A stretch of DNA of 63,659 nt, counting the filler, from Octopus bimaculoides (taxonomy: Eukaryota), in NCBI RefSeq assembly GCF_001194135.2. It is 7 parts of 7 records of this genome, joined end to end, with 100 filler letters (N's around TTAATTAATTAA, not from the genome) between each part and the next. Parts side by side here need not be neighbours in the genome. Positions count along the whole stretch, not along the records: positions 50,480 to 56,084 come from NW_026439559.1; positions 56,185 to 59,070 come from NC_068984.1; positions 59,171 to 61,792 come from NW_026365915.1; positions 61,893 to 63,659 come from NW_026438508.1; 3 more parts are not named here. One strand, 5' to 3'. Below, in pieces: positions 54,011 through 63,659 of the stretch. The notes beneath the pieces were generated by a model. The model saw only the letters and a program-made list of their open reading frames with translations. It made no database searches and was not told the origin of the DNA. The position numbers were made by a program, and so were the translations under genes. Position 1 is the stretch's first letter. Each line of letters begins with the position of its first letter.

Positions 54011-54142
54011 TTGTGTGTCTGTGTTTGTCCCCCCCACCATCGCTTGACAACTGATGCTGGTGTGTTTACGTCCCCGTAACCTAGTGGTTCGGCTAAATAG
54101 ACCGATAGAATAAGTACTAGGCTTCCAAAGAATAAGTCCTGG
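53990..54142 (-). mobile_element. SINE 3' module B, inverted relative to 52890-53120
   Basis: Reverse complement of ~52960-53110 on the far side of an N gap. Confidence 0.75.
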
Positions 54143-54154
54143 TAAAACAGTTTA

Positions 54155-54258
54155 AATCATCATCGTCGTTTAACGTCCGCTTTCCATGCTAGCATGGGTT
54201 GGACGATTTGACTGAGGACTGGTGAAACCAGATGGCTACACCAGGCTCCAATCTGATC
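54155..54258 (-). mobile_element. SINE family C 3' fragment
   Basis: Near-identical reverse complement of ~180-280. Confidence 0.75.
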
Positions 54259-55977
54259 ATTCAAATCTAAATACAGGAATTTATAATATAAAACAAATTT
54301 ACAATTTATTCAAGTTATAGTTTACGGTAAAAACAAATTGAAAGCAACTCAATACGAACAATGAAAAGCAACCTAAATGCATACAAAAAACCAAAATAAT
54401 AAAAATGCAAATGAAATGTCCCAAATACAAAGAACCAAAAGAAGTTAAACAAGATAAACATGCTGTATCTTCATGTATATCACATTATATATTCACTAAA
54501 ATACATATACATATCCATATGTACATATATACATACACACACATGTATATACATATATTCATACATACATACACACACCCTCACATACGTATCTCTTGGT
54601 CTAGTTCTCATAATTGTTTCACTAATCCAATAACAACAATACAAAATATTTTGCCCTTAAAACGTTTTTTGTGTATTTACAGAGAATACCAAACCATCTT
54701 ACACATGATCTAGTTAGAAATTCTCAATAAGTTATGAATACCCAAGTTGTGCAGTCTGTTATGTGGTAACATGAAATTAGTTACCCGATAGTAAGAATTC
54801 AAATAAGGGCTTTAATATGTTCGCAGAGTATATAGAACTTAGGAAGAAATACTAATAAGGTATATATATTAAATTCCTGAAGCATGTTACATAATAACAG
54901 GCTAATCAGATATGAGAGAATAACAATTAGAAGTAAACAACTCTGAAAAGGGCTTCTGTGAGTTCCCAGAGAATATTACCCTCAGGGGCGCTAGTGTTGG
55001 TATATTCGTGAATAAGTCTCTAACCGAAATAAGTGGATTTATTGTTTAGGAAAATACTATTTAGTTATTTAAGGGTTGTACTGGATAAATTGCAAAAAAA
55101 AAAACAAAAAAAACTAACAGTTCAAATACTAAGAAATAAGCATACTCAATTTCATTTTTACCAAATAATTTAGGAAAATGAATGGGCTATTTCCCTTGAC
55201 TATATATAAGGATCCCCTCCAGGGGTGAATGAATTATTTCTCTTGGCTTTTAAAATAAAATATATTGGATATATATCAGGATCCTTTCCAGGGGCGCTAT
55301 TATTATCGATTTTTTTCAACAATCTGAGTATGCCAAGAGGTTTCCAGACATGAGTTCTACTCATGTGTCAAGTTTCATCACTATCGATAAAACGATGTAT
55401 CAGGAGTTAGCGAACAACCCCACAACAGACAGAATTTCCCACATATGTAGCAAATAATTTATTCATTATTATAAACGCCTTCATTCGCTTCTCAAACTTG
55501 TTGAACAGAATTTCATGAATGTACAAACAGCTTGTTTATATATATATAAAACAGATGTTATTTTTGGGGATTTTGTCCAGAAGAGAACATTGTTTTCCAT
55601 GACAATAGATACATAGAAACATATGTAGGTAGATAGATTGATAGAGAGATAGATCTATCTATCTATCTATCTATCTATTTATCAATCTATCTGCCCCCAT
55701 TGACAGCAAAAACAATGTTCTACACTTTTAAACAGAGCCCCCCCCCCACCAAAAAAATTGATTTGTTTGACTAAAACCCTTGAAGGCCATGCCCCAGCAT
55801 GGCCACAGTCAAATGACTGAAACAAGTAAAAGACTAAAAGGTCATCATGCAGGTCACTGCACAACCTAACAATGCAACTTGTGGTTTCTGTGAAAAATAG
55901 TTTAGGCTGTAGTATTAGTGTAGTGCATACCTGAAATAACAATGAACCATGCAATTATTCCCTCTCATTTTCATGTA

Positions 55978-56084
55978 AAGGCAGTGAGCTGGCAGAATCA
56001 TTAGCAGGAGTGGCTGTGTGGTAAGTAGCTTGCAGACCAACCACATGGTTCTGGGTTCAGTCCCACTGCGTGGCACCTTGGGCA
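55978..56084 (+). mobile_element. SINE family D head fused to a SINE family A head (cut by linker gap)
   Basis: aaggcagtgagctggcagaatcatta followed by gcaggagtggctgtgtggtaagtagc...gggttcagtcccactgcgtggcaccttgggca. Confidence 0.65.
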
Positions 56085-56789
56085 NNNNNNNNNNNNNNNN
56101 NNNNNNNNNNNNNNNNNNNNNNNNNNNNTTAATTAATTAANNNNNNNNNNNNNNNNNNNNNNNNNNNNNNNNNNNNNNNNNNNNGTAGCAGGAATAGTTA
56201 GTGGGTGCTTATGGACAATGGTTAGTGGAGGGTCAGCAGGCAGTTTTTGAGTATGTGTGTGTTCGTGTGTGTGTTTGTGTGGGGTTGTAGGTGTTGGGTA
56301 CGTGTGCGTGTGTGTGTGTATTTTGTACGTGCGCGTGTGTGTATGTGTATGTTTTTGTGCGTGCGTGTGTGTTTGTGTGTATGTGTATGTTGTGTATATG
56401 TGCGTTGCTGTGTACGTGTGTGTGCGTGCGTTTGCTATTGTAAGTGCGTGTGTTGTTTATGCCCATGTGTGTGTGATTGTATTATATATATTATATTATA
56501 TACATCTGCGAGTGTGTGAGTGTGTATGCGGCTGTGTTTTGTATGTGTGTGTGTGTACCTACAAAGGAACAATGAAATTTAATCTGAATAAAAAGAAGAA
56601 AGGAAGAAAGAAAGACCGAAATGAATAGCTTGTGTGCAGTAAATATGAGTATGTACATAGAAATAAAATGGAGAAATGAAACGTTCACAGTTACAATGTA
56701 TGGGACTGAATGAAGTTCGCAGCGATGCACACACATACACACGCATATATGTGTGCATATATGTATACACAAACACACACACATATATA

Positions 56790-57345
56790 TAATGATATAA
56801 ATAATATATAAATATATGCATATATACATGCACATATGTACATACCTACATATATATGTATATATACATGCATGGGTACAGAACATCAAAAAAACGTAGA
56901 CACAATGAGAAACGGAAACATAAAAACAAAAACATAGAAAACGAACTTTTTTTCGAACAACGAAAAAAAAAACAAATAGAGAACGAGGCAGGCAACATTA
57001 AGAACATTCCCCTTCATCAGTTGTCCCCTGTTTCATCTACTCCGCGTTTCGAAGGTAGGGACAAGACGCGACTTCGTTAAAACAGTTCTTTCCGCAAAGC
57101 AAATTCAATAAAATCTGGGATTTTTTGCGGAGGGTGAAAGTGGTAACAAAAACAGGACAGTGAGAACAAGACAGTAAAGACAAACGGCGAGGGCTGTTAA
57201 GCCAAAACGATGTGAAGATTATGAACGCTAGAACAACGAGCTTTGAGAAGACACAGATAAAAGCACGTAAAGACAAGACGTTCCACACACTGCAATCCTG
57301 CAGGAAGGTCTTCGACATCATGGATTGAGAATACACTCACTCGCT
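56790..57345 (-). mobile_element. Diverged copy of the hammerhead-bearing repeat family
   Basis: Shares with the 14.4-14.8 kb copy: agcgttcata, ctgtcttgtt, ttttaacga..gcgtc, gaatgttct, g(a/c)tgt(t/c)ctgtacc and the ribozyme-like core. Confidence 0.55.
57009..57070 (-). ncRNA. Second hammerhead-like motif with the same rearranged order
   Basis: Minus strand reads CGCGT-C-TTGTCCC-TA-CCTTC-GAAACGCG-GAGTAGATGAAACAG-GGGACAA-CTGATGA-A-GGGG. Stem III 5 bp, stem I 7 bp (TTGTCCC/GGGACAA), site GTC at 57065. Confidence 0.7.
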
Positions 57346-58109
57346 CACCTGAGCTTATTTTACAGTGAATTTTGATACGTGCACCTATAATCGTGTATGC
57401 GCCCTTACGCACACACACGCGCTATATATATATATATATATATATATATATNNNNNNNNNNNNNNNNNNNNNNNNNNNNNNNNNNNNNNNNNNNNNNNNN
57501 NNNNNNNNNNNNNNNNNNNNNNNNNNNNNNNNNNNNNNNNNNNNNNNNNNNNNNNNNNNNNNNNNNNNNNNNNNNNNNNNNNNNNNNNNNNNNNNNNNNN
57601 NNNNNNNNNNNNNNNNNNNNNNNNNNNNNNNNNNNNNNNNNNNNNNNNNNNNNNNNNNNNNNNNNNNNNNNNNNNNNNNNNNNNNNNNNNNNNNNNNNNN
57701 NNNNNNNNNNNNNNNNNNNNNNNNNNNNNNNNNNNNNNNNNNNNNNNNNNNNNNNNNNNNNNNNNNNNNNNNNNNNNNNNNNNNNNNNNNNNNNNNNNNN
57801 NNNNNNNNNNNNNNNNNNNNNNNNNNNNNNNNNNNNNNNNNNNNNNNNNNNNNNNNNNNNNNNNNNNNNNNNNNNNNNNNNNNNNNNNNNNNNNNNNNNN
57901 NNNNNNNNNNNNNNNNNNNNNNNNNNNNNNNNNNNNNNNNNNNNNNNNNNNNNNNNNNNNNNNNNNNNNNNNNNNNNNNNNNNNNNNNNNNNNNNNNNNN
58001 NNNNNNTATATATATATATATTATAACAAGCTGAGAGTTGTTTGTATTTATGTATGTACGTAGAAAGGTAGGTGAGTAAGCAGTTGAGTATTCTCATTAT
58101 ATAGAGACA

Positions 58110-58290
58110 TAAGGCAGCGAGCTGGCAGCAACGTCAACACGTTCTACAACCTAAGTATAATTCCACTGGGGTCGACTTTGCCTTTCATCCTTTCGGGGTC
58201 GATAAAATAAGTATCAGACGAGTACTGGGGTTAATGTTATCTTCTTATCCCCTCCCGCAAAATTGCTAGCCTTGTGCCAAAACTTGAAAT
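58110..58290 (+). mobile_element. SINE family D
   Basis: aaggcagcgagctggcag...ggtcgactttgcctttcatcctttcggggtcgataaaataagta...ccttgtgccaaaacttgaaa. Confidence 0.7.
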
Positions 58291-58545
58291 CATTATACAG
58301 AGAGATGCAAATAGAGTAAAGAATATATTTCAATCAAACCCATTGTTTTCTAACTTTTCAGTCTACCCAGATTGACTCATAAAGCTTGGATCGGACAGAA
58401 GCTATTGTCAAGAGACTTGTCCAAGATGCTACGCGATGGGAGTGAACACGGGAACTCGTAGTTGTAAAATAAACATTTTAACCGCCTTTTTATATACGCA
58501 TCTATAATATGCGCGCGCGCATAATTTGTATGCATATACAAATAC

Positions 58546-58590
<45 letters not shown>

Positions 58591-59570
58591 CATACATACA
58601 TACATACATACATACATACTTACACATACAAAATATGCAAATATGTTTGTGTCATAGGAGTGTATAAATATATATATATATATTAATATATAAATCTGAA
58701 ATTGTGTGTTTGTGTGCAGCCTTTTTGAATGTTTATAGAAATCTACATTTTCCACTTTTTCGTAAAAAATTTTACATCAATGGAATTTTCTCGATCTGAA
58801 CTTTCCAGTGCAGTAATTAGATTTTTTTAATTCCGTTTACTTTGTGTGATTTAAGGGAGATTTGGCTGTTGTTTCTAGCAACTTTTATATTTCATCCCTG
58901 CTACCTGGAACGCCATTCTTACACACGCGCTCAACATAAAAATATAGAGAGTAAAAGTAAAAGAGGGAGAGGGAGAGAGAGAGAAAGTGATACATACAAC
59001 GTCATAGATTAAACTTTCATCTCAGTATTCTTTACCTATTTTTCATAACATAGATACGTAAAAACACACANNNNNNNNNNNNNNNNNNNNNNNNNNNNNN
59101 NNNNNNNNNNNNNNTTAATTAATTAANNNNNNNNNNNNNNNNNNNNNNNNNNNNNNNNNNNNNNNNNNNNTTTTTTTTGAGATTAAAGCTATAATTTTAC
59201 AGAAATGGATGTTGATGTGCATTTTGAATATTATGTCTACAATTAAAATTGGAATCTATTCATCATCATCATCATTATGATTATTATCATTATCACCATC
59301 ATCAACATAATTATTCTCTTGCCATTCTTCTGATCTGAGAGATTCATTATCATTTAACAGTGCTACTCCACAGAGGCTAGGATAAAAGCATATTTATAAA
59401 ATGACCATTGTGAACCTGTTTTGAAACTTAGATTCTACAATTGCATTTTTGATATTCTTTTCTTTCGTCATTACCTTTCATTCTGAATCTTTAAAATGAT
59501 TCTATTTTCAATTCCAACCTGGTCCTATTCAAATCTTTACTACTGAATTGTCTTTACAAACATTATCAAA

Positions 59571-60050
59571 TATCAGGTCATCCCATAAGTTCTGTCTGAA
59601 TTTTGAACAAAGAAAACAANNNNNNNNNNNNNNNNNNNNNNNNNNNNNNNNNNNNNNNNNNNNNNNNNNNNNNNNNNNNNNNNNNNNNNNNNNNNNNNNN
59701 NNNNNNNNNNNNNNNNNNNNNNNNNNNNNNNNNNNNNNNNNNNNNNNNNNNNNNNNNNNNNNNNNNNNNNNNNNNNNNNNNNNNNNNNNNNNNNNNNNNN
59801 NNNNNNNNNNNNNNNNNNNNNNNNNNNNNNNNNNNNNNNNNNNNNNNNNNNNNNNAGGAATTTTTCCCAACCAAGCTCTTCGATCTTCTGTAATGTGATC
59901 TTTGCAATGTGGGGTCGCGCATTGTCCTCATGAAACATTATTCCTTTTCGATTCACTAAATACCCTGATGTTATTAATTATTGATAATTTNNNNNNNNNN
60001 TCCTTTTCGATTCACTAAATACCCTGATGTTATTAATTATTGATAATTTT
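59571..60050 (-). mobile_element. mariner transposon 3' part (DD34D catalytic region) with terminal inverted-repeat end, gapped
   Basis: Peptide NRKGIMFHEDNARPHIAKITLQKIEELGWEK. TA-started end tatcaggtcatcccataagttc at 59571. Confidence 0.8.
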
Positions 60051-60919
60051 TGGCAAATTTTCAAAGTAACACCGGCATTATTTTATTTGCTGCCAACAAA
60101 AAACTGTGCTTGTGTGGTGGATTTGAAAAATTATAAATATATNNNNNNNNNNNNNNNNNNNNNNNNNNNNNNNNNNNNNNNNNNNNNNNNNNNNNNNNNN
60201 NNNNNNNNNNNNNNNNNNNNNNNNNNNNNNNNNNNNNNNNNNNNNNNNNNNNNNNNNNNNNNNNNNNNNNNNNNNNNNNNNNNNNNNNNNNNNNNNNNNN
60301 NNNNNTTTCGAAATTTATCCGTAATAGTGGTTTGGATTTTGGCTATTCCTTCTAGAATGCCAGGTATCCTATGATGGTTACCTCTTATGTGTCTAAATGT
60401 ACACTGTATTTATATGAATAATATATAGTCTNNNNNNNNNNAATGTACACTGTATTTATATGAATAATATATAGTCTATTGACAAATTTTTCTTCACGCT
60501 AGGCCACTGGTAGTAAAAATTTCTGAAATTTTTCTTACCCTGATATTATTAATTATATATATATATATATATNNNNNNNNNNNNNNNNNNNNNNNNNNNN
60601 NNNNNNNNNNNNNNNNNNNNNNNNNNNNNNNNNNNNNNNNNNNNNNNNNNNNNNNNNNNNNNNNNNNNNNNNNNNNNNNNNNNNNNNNNNNNNNNNNNNN
60701 NNNNNNNNNNNNNNNNNNNNNNNNNNNNNNNNACCATCTATATTTGCCATGATAAGGGACGTAACTCATATGCATCTAAATATATATTTACATCAATTGT
60801 TTTTCTTGATTTTTAAATTGATATCTTCATTCAAGTGGATTCGTAATAAGCCACTTAGTTGATATGTTGAATTATTCTTTCCTCTATTTTATGCGTGATA
60901 ACTATTACAATATATCTGC

Positions 60920-61035
60920 TGGGTGCTTGGTGTTAGGAATGGCATCCAGCCAAAACAGACAGAAATCTGGTGTAGGTTTCTGCCTGACCAGCTCCTGTCA
61001 AATCGTACCCAGCTTGCCAGCATGGAAGCCAGACA
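60920..61035 (+). mobile_element. Diverged SINE family C 3' fragment
   Basis: gtgttaggaatggcatccagcc...tcaaatcgtacccagcttgccagcatggaa aligns to 136-260. Confidence 0.55.
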
Positions 61036-61039
61036 TGTC

Positions 61040-61792
61040 TCTAATCATCACAGTCCTTTATGTCATCTCCTCTATGAGGTTCAACATCCTCAGATTAGAC
61101 TTCATCACATCACGCCATGTCTTTTTAAATTTCCCCTTTTTCCCCAGGTCCCATCCTGCACTTCTTTATAGAGCGGTCAAACTCTATATGCATTATATAC
61201 CTGTACCAGTGCGGGCGTCTCTCCTGCTTGCTACATCTGATTATTTTTATATCTAGTTTTTCCCTCACTTCGTTCGTACTCCATCATTCTCTAACTTCAC
61301 CTTGCTTCTGTCAAAAGTGTCAATTTACATCCAGCCAAGGACTTTTTCAGCTTGCATGTCTTCCTTCTTTAAATCGTCTTTTGCTTCTTAGTCCGCCTCG
61401 CTCTTGCTCTGAACTCACAATCACTAATCTCTACTTGGTGATATATTCCTTATCAAGAAAAGACTTAGCATTTATTTATAACCACCTGCCTATCCTGTTT
61501 TCTGATCAGAATAAAGTCTTTCTGATAGATGACCAAGTAACAAATCACTTTCTTGAAGTTAATGAGGAAAGTGGTTAGGTCATTTACATCAAAGAACTCC
61601 AGAACTCTTCATCCATCCTCATCTCTCACAGCATTCCCATTGCTTCCATGTGCACCACAGAAGCGATCATGGTATTACCCAACTTTCCATTAGAATCTCC
61701 ACTTGTGATAATGAGGTCACCATCATTCATTACGCAGAGTGTTAGTAGGAAGACCTCTTAGAAATGAGCCTTCCTTTCATTTGACAGTCCAT
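61040..61792 (-). mobile_element. Heavily decayed, internally deleted RTE LINE
   Basis: Endonuclease-like GDSNGKLG...GAHGSNG...RVLEFFDVNDL, followed by 3'-end-like sequence. Confidence 0.55.
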
Positions 61793-61956
61793 NNNNNNNN
61801 NNNNNNNNNNNNNNNNNNNNNNNNNNNNNNNNNNNNTTAATTAATTAANNNNNNNNNNNNNNNNNNNNNNNNNNNNNNNNNNNNNNNNNNNNATTATTTT
61901 TCTAGCATATCGGATGTCCACTTAGTGGTCATCCCTTCTTATACGTATATATATAT

Positions 61957-61990
<34 letters not shown>

Positions 61991-61991
<1 letters not shown>

Positions 61992-62190
61992 GGCAGCTGA
62001 TGAAGGAATAATTCCATAAGTGGCGTGTTTGTTTTCCTTCCTATGTGTTCGTTCTGTTGTCTGTAAACAAAGTCCGTTTTTGTGCTTTATGTTCCCGTTC
62101 ATTTTCCTGACGTCCTGTACCCGGATATGCATCTGTATACACATGTAGATGTAGGTATGTACCTATATGTGTGTATACATGCATATGCTT
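61991..62190 (+). mobile_element. 5'-truncated copy of the hammerhead-bearing repeat family
   Basis: Begins AGGCAG-CTGATGA-AGG directly after (TA)n. Downstream tttatgttcccgttc...gacgtcctgtaccc...gtaggtatgtac matches the 57 kb copy. Confidence 0.55.
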
Positions 62191-62221
62191 ATATATCCTT
62201 TGTATTATATATTTCTATATA

Positions 62222-62660
62222 TACGAGGTGAAGTCAAAAATTATTCGCACTTTTGCCATAGCATATCTTTATTACTGTCACACTGCCTTCAACTCATGCC
62301 TACTTATAGTTAGTGTTATTGTGGTCACGTAATCGTAATTTGAGCCTGATCGCGCCATTTTTCTTTCTGAATTTACAGTGTAAAGCACGGCTGCTCTGCT
62401 AGCAATGTACACGAAATATGAACAAAGAGCCATGATCCGATTTCTCTGATCGGAAGGTGTGTCAGGTGCTGAAATTCATCGGAGGCTTTTAGCACAATAC
62501 GGAGACAGTGCTCTACCACGTAGAAGCGTGTATGAGTGAATGGAGAAGCTTGAATATGGCTAGACAAGAATGATGCACGAAGAGGAAGATGGACACCGAT
62601 CAAGCTCAACCACTGGCGAGAAGATTCAGCAATCTCAGGTGATGGTAATGGTGTGACCGG
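62222..62660 (+). mobile_element. mariner transposon 5' part (TIR and HTH region of transposase), pseudogenised
   Basis: Begins TA-cgaggtgaagtcaaaaatt. Peptide EQRAMIRFL*SEGVSGAEIHRRLLAQYGDSALPRRSVYE*MEK. Confidence 0.85.
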
Positions 62661-62772
62661 TTGACCATTACCATCTCTCGGATCACTGCGCTTTGTTCTT
62701 CTTTGGCGCACATTGCTCGTGGAGTTGTCATGTTTACAACAGGAAAGTCAGAAAGAAAAATGGCAAGGACAT
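62661..62772 (-). mobile_element. Second, internally deleted mariner 5' fragment in convergent orientation
   Basis: Minus strand gccatttttctttctga...tgtaaacATG and MTTPRAMCAKEEQSAVIREMVMVNR are homologous to 62355-62445 and 62640. Confidence 0.6.
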
Positions 62773-63659
62773 AATAGATGACAGGCATGTGGGGTGAAAT
62801 ATAGATGTTGCATGGATGGTAGGTCGAACCAAGAAAGAAAAGTCAGGCTTGGCCGAACACCGGTCACGTGGGGAGATAGAAGAGAGGTAGAGGCAGAGGG
62901 ACAAAAGAATTAGGGAGGGACGAGAAAAAAAGGGGAGAGAGTGAAATGAAAGAGGAGGAAAGGTGAGAATGAAGTACATATAAGAGACCAAAATGTACGT
63001 ACGCCGCCATGTGTATATGAAAAGGAATACAAAAGATGGGACAAGAACGCAAAACACCTAGACAGCTATAGATAGATAGATAGATAGATACATACATACA
63101 TATATACTTACATACATACATATATACATACATGCATACAGACAGACAGACAGACAGACACACATACAAACATGCATACATATATGAGAGTGGGAAAGAG
63201 AGAGAGAGAGAGAGAGAGACTAGGGGTGGGAGAGAGAGAAAGAAACACAGAAAGAGACAGTAAGATTTATCACATGAAAAAATTGTCATCCTACAGAATG
63301 TGTCATTTGAAAACGGCCCACTACAGTCTATCCCGTCCGAACAGTCTATCCCACCCGAACAGTCGCCACCCGATGAAAAAAAAATCCGACACCTCTGTCA
63401 ATCACACCTGAAGACTCGTGTTAGCCACAGAATGAATCACCTCAGACAACCTACCCCACCCCCATTCCACCAAAATCGCTACCGTCCCCCCCACCACCCA
63501 CCAACGGAGATGCGTCATCTCTGTCTTCACCTGGATATTCGTCACTCCAAGATACGTGACCACTAGCCTGTCTAACACGAAACCTTAATGCCTTCCGAGC
63601 AACTACTGTTGCTTCTTTAAATTATATACGAAATATGAAACTTTTTCTATCACGTGATG

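Noticed and set aside
55340-55470. Helitron/DINE-like 3' terminus (aagtttcatcac...gagttagcgaacaa...acagacagaattt)
   Set aside because: Resemblance is from memory only, and no clear hairpin or termini could be defined, so it is not listed as a feature.
59941-60050. Direct repeat on both sides of a 10-N gap (also 60397-60477)
   Set aside because: Identical sequence either side of a 10-N spacer is the signature of overlapping contig ends, so it is an assembly artefact.
850-60775. Most long ORFs in the supplied track (poly-YI, CV, HT, LS, X runs)
   Set aside because: They are translations of dinucleotide or tetranucleotide microsatellites and N gaps, not genes.
1-63659. CRISPR array or prokaryotic operon
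   Set aside because: No regularly spaced repeat-spacer array, and the sequence is eukaryotic, intron-rich and repeat-rich.

Overview
AT-rich, microsatellite-dense animal genomic DNA with many N gaps. The repeat families look like those of octopus (inference from recalled repeat content, not a database hit). The window is a mosaic of seven scaffold pieces joined by artificial 100-bp N44-TTAATTAATTAA-N44 linkers. Most listed ORFs are microsatellite or gap artefacts. Supported content: (1) two minus-strand exons (51063-51250 and 32080-32191) that splice in frame to give a small EF-hand-like protein; (2) many tRNA-derived SINE copies from several families; (3) decayed LINEs (CR1-like, RTE-like, L1/Tx1-like, L2/Jockey-group), mariner fragments and MITE or foldback elements. 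The most interesting signal is a non-coding repeat family with two complete copies (14.6 kb +, 57.0 kb -) and one 5'-truncated copy (62.0 kb +). It carries every hammerhead ribozyme core element (GUC site, CUGAUGA, GAAAC, stems I/II/III), but in a strand order that is not type I, II or III, i.e. a non-circular permutation. Stem I sequence differs between the two complete copies while pairing is kept. One copy sits in a ~739-nt unit with a terminal direct repeat, as expected for a retrozyme or Penelope-associated circular RNA element. Cleavage activity is untested.
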